64,000 bases of DNA, from NCBI GenBank assembly GCA_965208125.1, contig OZ242320.1:4608001-4672000 (forward strand), given 5' to 3'. The position numbers and the translations under genes were made by a program. Under the pieces are notes generated by a model. It had not been told where the DNA came from. It saw only the letters and a program-made list of their open reading frames with translations, and ran no database searches. How positions within the stretch are numbered: position 1 is the stretch's first letter; every line of letters begins with the position of its first letter. This DNA is from Candidatus Latescibacterota bacterium. Lineage in GTDB: Bacteria; Latescibacterota; UBA2968. Of the stretch, positions 55,644 to 64,000 are shown piece after piece.

Positions 55644-56354
55644 ATGAAAACTAAAGATGCGACGGGACAGACTGTGATTGTAACCGGCTCGAATCGAGGA
55701 ATCGGGCTTGGGTGGGTGAAGCATTATCTGAATGCAGGTGATTCTGTCGTGGCCACTTGCCGGACACCAGCGGAAGCAACAGATCTGATTGCGCTGAAAG
55801 AAGAATACGGGAATAAGCTGTTGATTGAGCAGTTGGATATGTCGAATGAAGAACATTTCGACTGCTTGGGAGAAGCCTTAGCCCGACACAACGTGCGTAT
55901 TGACATTGCTATCAATAATGCTGGCTCGGGTAGTGGGAAACCCTTTGGCGAGTGGAACACGGAGAGTTTTGCGATTACTTTCGAGGTACATACCATTGGT
56001 TCTGCTTTGTTTGCGCAAATGGTTACGCCACTGCTGAACGACGGGGCAAAAATGGTACTGACCTCTTCTGGTGTGGGCAGTATTACGCGCGCCAATCGCC
56101 AAAATGAAATGGACGCTTACGCCATTGCCAAAGCAGGGGTCAATATGCTTGCCAGGCGATTGTCAGTCAGACTCGCCGACCGCAATATTGTGGTGGTTGC
56201 TCTCACACCGGGGGCTGTACTTACAGGTATGAATCCGAACGGTACGATTTCCGTAGAAGAATCCGTTGGACTGATGACTGGTACGCTGGATAAGCTGACT
56301 ATGGAGGATAGTGGTAGCTTTCTTCAAAATAATGGCGCAGTGGTGCCCTGGTAG
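55644..56354 (+). CDS. Short-chain dehydrogenase/reductase (CsgA/C-factor-like)
   Basis: TGSNRGIG, INNAG, YAIAK, C-terminal GSF....G.VVPW. Confidence 0.88.
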   Translation: MKTKDATGQTVIVTGSNRGIGLGWVKHYLNAGDSVVATCRTPAEATDLIALKEEYGNKLLIEQLDMSNEEHFDCLGEALARHNVRIDIAINNAGSGSGKPFGEWNTESFAITFEVHTIGSALFAQMVTPLLNDGAKMVLTSSGVGSITRANRQNEMDAYAIAKAGVNMLARRLSVRLADRNIVVVALTPGAVLTGMNPNGTISVEESVGLMTGTLDKLTMEDSGSFLQNNGAVVPW

Positions 56355-56376
56355 CTCTTAAGAAAGGACCCTTTGT

Positions 56377-57867
56377 ATGGCAGAGAAGCCCAATGTGATC
56401 GTAATTTTTACAGATGATCAGGGATATGGCGACGCGAGTTGCCTGAATCCAGATGCGAAGTTTCAGACGCCCAATCTGGATCGGCTATCAGCAGAAGGGA
56501 TCGCTTTTACCAATGGGCATTGCTCAGATACGGTTTGCACACCTTCGCGTTATGGATTGCTGACTGGACGCTATTCCTGGCGGACGCTGAAGAAAAAGGG
56601 CGTTTTTCCAGCCGAAGTGCCGTGTCTGATTACAGACGAACGTATGACGCTGGCTTCAATGTTTGGGGCAATTGGATATGATACGGCGATGGTGGGCAAG
56701 TGGCACCTGGGTATGAATTTTCCCGGCGAGGTGGGCAATCGCGATTGGCGTCAGCCTGTTACCGATATGCCGTTGGATAAGGGCTTTGATTATTTTTATG
56801 GCATACCCGCTTCGCTCAATTACGGAATTCTCGCCTGGTTTGAAGGGCGATATGCCAGAGTTCCGCCGACAGTTTATACGGCTAAAAAACCCAATAATCG
56901 GCATGTGGATTATCGCATCATGCCGCCGTATGAGAACACGCCAGAAGAGACGCTTGAAGCATTGGGCACAATGGGGATGGAGGTTGCGCCTGATTTTATT
57001 GACAATGAGTGTTTGACGCGGTTTACCGATAAGGCGATTGAGTGGATGCAGGGCAAAGAAGCAAGTGCCAAAAGTGGTACGCCGTTTTTTTTGTATCTGC
57101 CGTTTACATCGCCGCACTATCCTGTGTGCCCGCGTGAGGAATTTTGGAATCAGGGCGATTGTGGCGGCTATGGTGAGTTTGTGATTGAGACAGATTACCA
57201 TGTAGGGCGGGTGCTGGATTATCTGGAACAGTCGGGGTTGGATGACAATACTATTGTTGTATATACCAGTGATAATGGTCCTGAGAATTCGTGGCGTGGA
57301 CGAATTGAAGAATTTGGTCATCATAGCAATGGGATTTATCGCGGAGGTAAAAGGGATATTTACGAAGGTGGACATCGCGTGCCATTTTTTATGCGGTGGC
57401 CCAAAGGCATTCAGAATCCCGGGCGCAAATGTGATGATCTGGTAGGCCTGGTTGATTTGATGGCGACTTTTGCTGAGGTTGTGGGTGCGGAGTTGCCTGC
57501 TGATGCAGGCGAAGATAGCCAGAGTTTTGCGAAGATACTCAGTGATCCTGACACACCCCACGAACGATTGCCTTTGATTAACCATGGTGCTGGGGGACGG
57601 TTTGCGATTACAGAAGGCACGTGGAAGCTGATTATGGCGCACAAGAATGAGCCTCTGGAACTTTATGATCTCGCGAATGATCTCGGTGAGACAAAAAACG
57701 CGATTGGCGACCATCCTGAGATTGTAGAAGATCTGACCGATAAAATTACAAGCATTGTGTGCAATGGGCGTACGACCCCTGGAGAGGATCAGGCGAACGA
57801 TACCGATTACTGGGATGATTTGACGTGGATTTCATCTGAGGATTATCAGGGAAGGCAACTAAGATGA
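56377..57867 (+). CDS. Cys-type arylsulfatase A-like
   Basis: KPNVIVIFTDDQGY, CTPSRY, GKWHLG, SDNG, YEGGHRVP, AGEDS. Confidence 0.93.
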   Translation: MAEKPNVIVIFTDDQGYGDASCLNPDAKFQTPNLDRLSAEGIAFTNGHCSDTVCTPSRYGLLTGRYSWRTLKKKGVFPAEVPCLITDERMTLASMFGAIGYDTAMVGKWHLGMNFPGEVGNRDWRQPVTDMPLDKGFDYFYGIPASLNYGILAWFEGRYARVPPTVYTAKKPNNRHVDYRIMPPYENTPEETLEALGTMGMEVAPDFIDNECLTRFTDKAIEWMQGKEASAKSGTPFFLYLPFTSPHYPVCPREEFWNQGDCGGYGEFVIETDYHVGRVLDYLEQSGLDDNTIVVYTSDNGPENSWRGRIEEFGHHSNGIYRGGKRDIYEGGHRVPFFMRWPKGIQNPGRKCDDLVGLVDLMATFAEVVGAELPADAGEDSQSFAKILSDPDTPHERLPLINHGAGGRFAITEGTWKLIMAHKNEPLELYDLANDLGETKNAIGDHPEIVEDLTDKITSIVCNGRTTPGEDQANDTDYWDDLTWISSEDYQGRQLR

Positions 57868-59405
57868 GCTCTCAACAAATATCGAGTCAGCGTCCCAATA
57901 TTCTGATTATATGCAGCGATCAGCATCATCCTGCAATGGTGGGGTATCGGCAGTACCCATTTGTCGAGACGCCCAATCTGAATCGCCTGGGGCGCGAAGG
58001 CACACACTTTACGCGGGCGTATGCCAATTGTGCGGTGTGCGGTCCCAGTCGCATGAGTTTTATGACGGGGAAGTACATTCACCAGATTGATAGCTGGTCG
58101 AATGGCGTGCCTCTGCCCGATGAAGAGAAACAAAAAACCTGGGCAGCGCGGCTGGATCAGAATGGTATTGCATCGACTTGTATAGGCAAAATCGACTCCG
58201 CTGGTACTGTTGACGATCACAACCCGGGATTTACGCATTTTGACGAACCCCTTCACCGAACGGCTTGGGATCCCTATCCGAGAGAAATGCCTTTTGTCAC
58301 GCGCCTTCCGGGATATACGCGGCCAGCCAGTCGGCGATTTTTGCTCGAAGCGGGTGGGGGAGATGTCGCAAAGATTGATGACCGGCAGGAGTTGGGATTC
58401 TATGGTCATGACCGCGAGGTGACAGATAAGACGCTGGCGTATTTGCGGGAAAAGGGGCAGGCTGAATCGGAGCCCTGGGTGCTGTATGTCGGCTATCTGT
58501 ATCCCCACTGGCCGTATCGCGTACCTCAGAAATATTTCGATATGTACTATCCCGACCGCGTTTTGATGCCCCACGATGCAAAGTTCCCAAATCGCGATAT
58601 TCATCCCGCGATGCAGGAGTGGCAAGATTCCAATGTATTTGGGGAAGTGACAGAGGATATGCTGCGTCGGACGGTTGCCGCTTATTGCGGTATGATTACC
58701 TGTATGGATAATATGATCGGCGAGATTCTCGATGAGTTGCAGGACCAGGGGCTTTACGAAAATACATACATCATCTATACATCAGATCATGGAGAATCCA
58801 TGGGCGAGCACGGGCTTTTTTTTAAACATTGTTCTTATGAAGGAGCGATTGGGGTTCCTCTTGTGATTAAGGGGCCGGATATTCCTGAGGGAGAGGTCAA
58901 TACCGACACGCCTGTTTCTCTTGTCGATCTCTATCCCACCGTTTTAGACATGGCGGGGGTGGATCCCGAACCTGGTCTGCCCGGCGCAAGCTGGTTGCCA
59001 CTTGTGAGGGGGGAACCTCACGAACGATCTGAGCGCGTTTTTGCAGAATGGCATGGTCCGCAACTTCGAGGCGCGTATTACATGATTGTGCGAGGCGATT
59101 ACAAATACACCTGGTATGAATTTCATCCGCCCTCATTATTCAATGTGAAGAAAGACCCGAAGGAAGAACGCGATCTTGCATCGGATATTGAACAAGCTGA
59201 CAGGCTCAGGGCATTTGAAGAGGAGTTGCGTTCCATAGTCAATCCAAAGGTGACGGCTCTGCGCGCCAAGCGAGATTTGGGGCTGATTGCTCCAGATGGC
59301 ACGGATATGACCGATAGTCTGATACCCTGGGTGGGATTAGAAGACGGGACACTTAAGAAAATTCAGCGTGCCGACAGTGCGCGGCGCAGGAGAAAAAAGA
59401 TATGA
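57864..59405 (+). CDS. Cys-type sulfatase, choline-sulfatase-like
   Basis: PNILIICSDQH, CGPSRMSFMTG, PHWP, SDHGESMGEHGL. Confidence 0.92.
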   Translation: MSSQQISSQRPNILIICSDQHHPAMVGYRQYPFVETPNLNRLGREGTHFTRAYANCAVCGPSRMSFMTGKYIHQIDSWSNGVPLPDEEKQKTWAARLDQNGIASTCIGKIDSAGTVDDHNPGFTHFDEPLHRTAWDPYPREMPFVTRLPGYTRPASRRFLLEAGGGDVAKIDDRQELGFYGHDREVTDKTLAYLREKGQAESEPWVLYVGYLYPHWPYRVPQKYFDMYYPDRVLMPHDAKFPNRDIHPAMQEWQDSNVFGEVTEDMLRRTVAAYCGMITCMDNMIGEILDELQDQGLYENTYIIYTSDHGESMGEHGLFFKHCSYEGAIGVPLVIKGPDIPEGEVNTDTPVSLVDLYPTVLDMAGVDPEPGLPGASWLPLVRGEPHERSERVFAEWHGPQLRGAYYMIVRGDYKYTWYEFHPPSLFNVKKDPKEERDLASDIEQADRLRAFEEELRSIVNPKVTALRAKRDLGLIAPDGTDMTDSLIPWVGLEDGTLKKIQRADSARRRRKKI

Positions 59406-62400
59406 CACCTGTAAATAATTCATTGCCCTTTAGATTGGGTGTAGGGTCTGCATTAAAAGCTGCGGCTTTGGCTTATTCGCAGACTGTTCGCAATGAGCCG
59501 GGACTTTTGGCTTATTGGCGAGTGGGGGAGACTCAGAACGCGGATGCCGATAGAGAGAATTCGTATGTGGCTTTGGGGGTTGTGCCACATTTGGATGAAG
59601 ATCCAGCGGGCGATGCATCTGTTGAATTCTTTTTTCAAGTTATTTCCGATGAGCAGTTGGACTACGAACCCTGTCTTATTTCGCATCAGATATCCCACGG
59701 CGAGCAGACGCGATTCGCATTTCATGTGACGCGTGATTTGAATGCGCTTCGATTTCTCAATGGCACAACAAATACGCTGATTTTTCCGCCCGATGGGCCG
59801 ATAAAAGTGGGACAGTGGTATCATTTTTTGGCTACGAGCAAGCCGCGGCAGGAATTTCGCGCTTATATCGATGGCGTCGAATGCTTTCTGGATATGGGTT
59901 CTCTGGCGTTTAGCGTGCGGCGGCAAGCTTGTCCGATACAGATTGGCGCATCCAGCGAAAATGGTGAGGACAGAGCTGTAAATTGTGCAATAGATGAGGT
60001 TGCCATATACAATGTGGCTCTGACGCCGTTGGATATCGCGCGACACGTTGATGCGGCTGGTCGAGAGACGCTCCGAGAGCGGGGGGTACGTGATCGGGAA
60101 CAACGGGAAGATGAAGAAAAAGAGGTGGCGGCGGAGGCGCTTAGAGCGCGTCTAAACGATCCCGCTTTGTTCGATCCCGACGAGACAAAAGTCTATGAAG
60201 GGCGATATCTGGATGCGATTTCTCTGCCAGTGGGGGGTATTGGTGCAGGTTTGATTCAGGTGAACGGTAAGGCAGAGCGGTCGGTATGGCAAATATTCAA
60301 CAATTTTGAGCATGTCGAAGTGCCCAATAGCTTTTTTGCCGTGTGGGCAAGACCCCGGGGAAAAGAGTCTGCGGTCAGGGCGTTGCAGACTTCGGATGTT
60401 GGGGTATTTCCCGCGATGGATCGTCTGAGGTTCAGGGGGGAATACCCGTTTGGATGGTTTGAGTTCGCAGATGCCGCTTTTCCCCTTCGGGTCGAAATGG
60501 AGGTTTTTAATCCGCTGATTCCCCTCGATGTGAAATCTTCGAGTATCCCGTGTGGGATTTTCAATCTGACGGCGAGCAATGAGGGTGATTCCCCTGTGGA
60601 AGTCAGTTTTCTGGCTACGCAACAAAATGCGATTGGCATCACGGGAGATAGCCCTAATGGAGGTTATGGCGGCAATGTCAACCGGGTGATTCGAGAGGAA
60701 GATGCGACTTCGATTCATATGACGCAGGTGTCGTCAACGGATGTAGATATGGTGCTGTCGGCACAGGTGGAAAATGGCTGTGCGACAGCGTCTTGGACCA
60801 GCTTACGCGATTTGTATGAAGCGTTTTCACGAGATGGCGAACTGGGATATGTCGAATCATCGGAGCCGTCGGGTACAGGCGAAACGGTTGATTGCGCGCT
60901 GGCTACGCCCTTTGTGCTTCGACCAGGGGAAAAACGCACTATCACCTTTGTTCTCACCTGGTATTTTCCCAACACCAACCATGGTGCGCATATCTGGGTG
61001 AAACACGGCAATATATATTCAAATTGGTGGACTGACGCGTTGGATGTTTATTCGTATCTCAAGGCTAATCTCGATGATTTGACACAACAGACGCGCCGTT
61101 TTCACGATACGCTCTATGCGTCTAATCTTCCACACTGGTTGCTGGATCGAATCAGTTCGCAGGTTGCAGTGCTGAGAAGCAAGACGTGTTTTTGGGCAAA
61201 AGATGGGTATTTTGGAGCTAATGAAGGTTGCGCACCAACTTCGGGTTGTTGTCTGGGGAATTGCAGTCATGTGTGGCACTACGCACAGGCGCATGCGCGT
61301 CTTTTTCCCGAGATTGCGCGGAGAATGCGCGAGCAGACGTTTGCATTGCAGCAGGAAGATGGGGGATTGCCTTTTCGCCATAGCGATCGCCATTTTGAAA
61401 TACAAGGTCCGGCAATTGATGGCATGCTCGGCGATATTTTGAGTACGTATCGCGAGTATCTGTGTAGTTCAGATCAACAGTGGTTACACGCGCATTGGCC
61501 CAGCGCGCAGAAGGCGATGGATTTTGTGATTGCGCGTTGGGATTCAGATGAAGATGGCTTGTTATCTGGCTCGCAACACAATACGCTTGACGGTGAACTG
61601 TCGGGGTCAACGTCGTGGATGGGGACGCTTTATCTGTCGGCTCTTGCGGCGTGTGAAGAGATGGCGGTATTGGAAGATGATGCACAGTCCGCCGACCGAT
61701 ATCGCAGGTTGCGCGAAAGGGGAACTGAAAACCAGAATCGGACGCTTTGGAATGGCGAGTATTACGTGCAGAGCCCCGACGAGGATGCCCATGAAGACTA
61801 CGGAGATGGTTGCCATATCGATCAGGTACTGGGTGAGTGGTGGGCACCGCAGGTGAATTTGCCAGGGTACTACCCTCAGGAAAATGTCCGTTCGGCACTG
61901 CGGTCTCTTTTGCAGTACAATTTCAAGCATCATTTTCGGACGACGACACAGAGGCCGAGAAAATTTGTCGATAACGACGATGCGGCAATGAAGATGATTT
62001 CCTGGCCAAAGGGTCCTCAGCCATTTCGCAGTATGAAGTACGGCGACGAGGCGATGACGGGTTTTGAGTATGGTGCTGCTGCAACGATGGTTCAGTTTGG
62101 GATGCTCAAGGAAGGCCTGATGGTTGCCCGGGCTGTTTACGACCGCTACGATGGCAAGCTGCGCGATCAGTTGACGGAGATGAATACGGCGTCGTGGGGG
62201 TATAGCGGAAATCCGTTTGGCGATGATGAGTGCGGCAAATTTTATGCACGGGCGATGAGTGTGTGGTCGTTGTTGCTCGCTTGCCAGGGCTTTGTATATG
62301 AAGGTCCCAAAGCGCGGATTGGCTTTACACCTGTATGGAAACCCGATGATCACGTATCCTTTTTTATTGCAGCCGAAGGATGGGGCCTGTTCAGACAGAG

Positions 62401-62641
62401 ACGAGATGTGGAAATGCAGGTTATGGAATTAAGCGTTGAATGGGGGCGCCTGCCCATTCGGATATTTGAATTTGAATTGTCCGAAGGTCGGCGTGTACAA
62501 TCGGTTGTTGCTTCCGTCGGTGGAGAGATGGTTGGAACGACTACTTTATTTAGCGATTCTAAAGTGACTTTGACCATGGAAGAAGAAGTGGTCTTAAATG
62601 CTGGAGATAAGATGGCCATTGAGGTGTCGGGCAATCTGTAA
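59402..62641 (+). CDS. LamG-like domain + GH116 glycoside hydrolase
   Basis: LLAYWR, GQWYH, IDEVAIYN (LamG); PVGGIGAG, NEGC, HVWHYAQ, HNTLD, GCHIDQ..G.WW, ECG..YARAM (GH116). Confidence 0.88.
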   Translation: MTPVNNSLPFRLGVGSALKAAALAYSQTVRNEPGLLAYWRVGETQNADADRENSYVALGVVPHLDEDPAGDASVEFFFQVISDEQLDYEPCLISHQISHGEQTRFAFHVTRDLNALRFLNGTTNTLIFPPDGPIKVGQWYHFLATSKPRQEFRAYIDGVECFLDMGSLAFSVRRQACPIQIGASSENGEDRAVNCAIDEVAIYNVALTPLDIARHVDAAGRETLRERGVRDREQREDEEKEVAAEALRARLNDPALFDPDETKVYEGRYLDAISLPVGGIGAGLIQVNGKAERSVWQIFNNFEHVEVPNSFFAVWARPRGKESAVRALQTSDVGVFPAMDRLRFRGEYPFGWFEFADAAFPLRVEMEVFNPLIPLDVKSSSIPCGIFNLTASNEGDSPVEVSFLATQQNAIGITGDSPNGGYGGNVNRVIREEDATSIHMTQVSSTDVDMVLSAQVENGCATASWTSLRDLYEAFSRDGELGYVESSEPSGTGETVDCALATPFVLRPGEKRTITFVLTWYFPNTNHGAHIWVKHGNIYSNWWTDALDVYSYLKANLDDLTQQTRRFHDTLYASNLPHWLLDRISSQVAVLRSKTCFWAKDGYFGANEGCAPTSGCCLGNCSHVWHYAQAHARLFPEIARRMREQTFALQQEDGGLPFRHSDRHFEIQGPAIDGMLGDILSTYREYLCSSDQQWLHAHWPSAQKAMDFVIARWDSDEDGLLSGSQHNTLDGELSGSTSWMGTLYLSALAACEEMAVLEDDAQSADRYRRLRERGTENQNRTLWNGEYYVQSPDEDAHEDYGDGCHIDQVLGEWWAPQVNLPGYYPQENVRSALRSLLQYNFKHHFRTTTQRPRKFVDNDDAAMKMISWPKGPQPFRSMKYGDEAMTGFEYGAAATMVQFGMLKEGLMVARAVYDRYDGKLRDQLTEMNTASWGYSGNPFGDDECGKFYARAMSVWSLLLACQGFVYEGPKARIGFTPVWKPDDHVSFFIAAEGWGLFRQRRDVEMQVMELSVEWGRLPIRIFEFELSEGRRVQSVVASVGGEMVGTTTLFSDSKVTLTMEEEVVLNAGDKMAIEVSGNL

Positions 62642-62670
62642 ACCCCGGCAAAAAAAGAAAGGATTAAGGC

Positions 62671-63477
62671 ATGAATCAACCCCTGCAGTTGAAGAGATAT
62701 TTTTGGGATGCAGTTGTTGCAACCATGGTTTGCTCGTTGGTTACCACATCAGAAACAGATGCACAACCCGATGGAAATGAATGGGTTGAACTTTACGAAC
62801 CTCACGTTTTCAACGAGATGCCATATCGGCTGTTGAAGCCCATAGATTTTGATGCGGACAAGCGCTACCCTGTTATTGTTTCATTGCATGGTGGCGGTGG
62901 TCGAGGGACAGATAATCGAAAACAATTGCGTGGCTGGAATAGACTTCTTGCAGACGAGCAGAGGCGAACAGATTATCCCTCTTATGTGCTCGCTCCTCAA
63001 GTCAGTCGTTTGTGGAATGCAGAAGACCTCCAAAATATCAAGGATCTCATTGCAATATTGCCGTCCGTTGATATGGATAGAATATACATTCTGGGGCACT
63101 CCATGGGAGGCCACGGTACCCATGTCTTTTTACAAATTGATCCCCATTATTTTGCAGCGGCAGCACCTTCGGCTGGAACGGGTTTGCCTCAGACAGAAGA
63201 ATTTATCGATGCGTCAGTGATTAAAGATGTTCCGATATGGGCTTTCCACGGGGATCAGGATAAGGTCTGTCCATTCGAACGCGCTCAAAAACTTTTTGGG
63301 GAGATAAAGGAATTAGGTGGGAACATGAAGTTCACGGTCTGGGCGGGTGATGGACATGGTGTTGCCATGAAAATGATTACCGGTGCCGACAATGGCAATA
63401 CCCAACTCAGCAGTGATCGCTGTGATCCCGAGCCGGTGTTTATGAAATGGCTTTTTGCACAGAAGCGCACGCTGTGA
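62671..63477 (+). CDS. Secreted alpha/beta hydrolase (carbohydrate esterase/predicted peptidase type)
   Basis: MPYRL, LHGGGGRG, GHSMGG nucleophile elbow, HGDQD, GDGH. Confidence 0.85.
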   Translation: MNQPLQLKRYFWDAVVATMVCSLVTTSETDAQPDGNEWVELYEPHVFNEMPYRLLKPIDFDADKRYPVIVSLHGGGGRGTDNRKQLRGWNRLLADEQRRTDYPSYVLAPQVSRLWNAEDLQNIKDLIAILPSVDMDRIYILGHSMGGHGTHVFLQIDPHYFAAAAPSAGTGLPQTEEFIDASVIKDVPIWAFHGDQDKVCPFERAQKLFGEIKELGGNMKFTVWAGDGHGVAMKMITGADNGNTQLSSDRCDPEPVFMKWLFAQKRTL

Positions 63478-63672
63478 GTAGATTTTTTTACGCTTGATGA
63501 AGAACAGCATGTTCATATTTCGGGATGTGAATTGAACATTGTGTTGCAAATAGCGCACTGATTTTTTGTCGTTAAATCCATAAGTATATATAAATAAAAG
63601 ATTTGAAAAACTCTCGATCAACGGCACCGATTTTGCCTGATGTTGTGAAAAACAATATCAGGGAGATGGGGT

Positions 63673-64000
63673 ATGAATGGCTTTGTGAAAAATAGAGGAG
63701 GTATCGCAGGTGTGGCGGATGTGGATATGCCACGAGAAAAGCTCGAGCGTTTGGGACCAGAGGCATTGCGCGATGAGGAACTGCTGGCGATTTTGCTGCG
63801 AACGGGATACGAGGGCAGAAATGTGCTGGAAATTTCGCGCGGGATAATCAAGAGGTATCCCGTTAATAAACTCGTGGATATGGATCTGAAAGAGCTCACG
63901 ACAATCAAGGGAATCGGGCAGGCAAAAGCCGCGGGTTTGGTCGCGGGATTTGAACTGGCAAAACGAGGTCTCAATCAGGGAATAGGAATTGAACCTTCTA
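63673..64000 (+). CDS. radC: RadC/UPF0758 protein, N-terminal part (runs off the window's right edge)
   Basis: Own translation: MPREKLERLGPEALRDEELLAILLRTG...IKGIGQAKA...FELAKR; absent from the ORF track because there is no stop in the window. Confidence 0.92.
   Translation, partial: MNGFVKNRGGIAGVADVDMPREKLERLGPEALRDEELLAILLRTGYEGRNVLEISRGIIKRYPVNKLVDMDLKELTTIKGIGQAKAAGLVAGFELAKRGLNQGIGIEPS

Noticed and set aside
63673-64000. radC as proof of a mobile element
   Set aside because: It has the N-terminal and HhH regions of full-length chromosomal RadC, not the short JAB-only form typical of mobile elements

Overview
Bacterial catabolic accessory region, densely coded. The gene content (many sulfatases and PhyH dioxygenases, EF-hand/dockerin-like tagged secreted proteins, a planctomycete-type DUF1553/DUF1501 pair) resembles marine Latescibacterota/Poribacteria/PVC-like genomes; this taxonomy is an inference. 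The window holds 12 intact Cys-type (CxPxR) sulfatases, 5 PhyH-family Fe(II)/2OG dioxygenases, glycoside hydrolases (GH2, atypical GH32, GH43-like, GH82 iota-carrageenase-like, LamG-GH116), two enolase-superfamily enzymes, several oxidoreductases, a Fic protein and the 5' end of radC. Most striking is a six-gene secreted operon (2453-12101). Five of its six products carry the same Ca-binding dockerin-like tag; it combines a duplicated Tat sulfatase pair, two YHYH proteins (one fused to a metallophosphoesterase), a lectin-like protein and a Spy/LTXXQ-like protein, with DNA-level evidence of module shuffling. Other notable items are a multicopper oxidase with an RGG insert and a fused CxxC redoxin domain, an orphan tRNA 3' fragment (att-like site), a minimal IS200/IS605-type hairpin, and many gene remnants fused at junctions. 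No CRISPR array, rRNA, intact tRNA, integrase or transposase was seen. Family assignments come from motif recognition by eye; no database searches were run.
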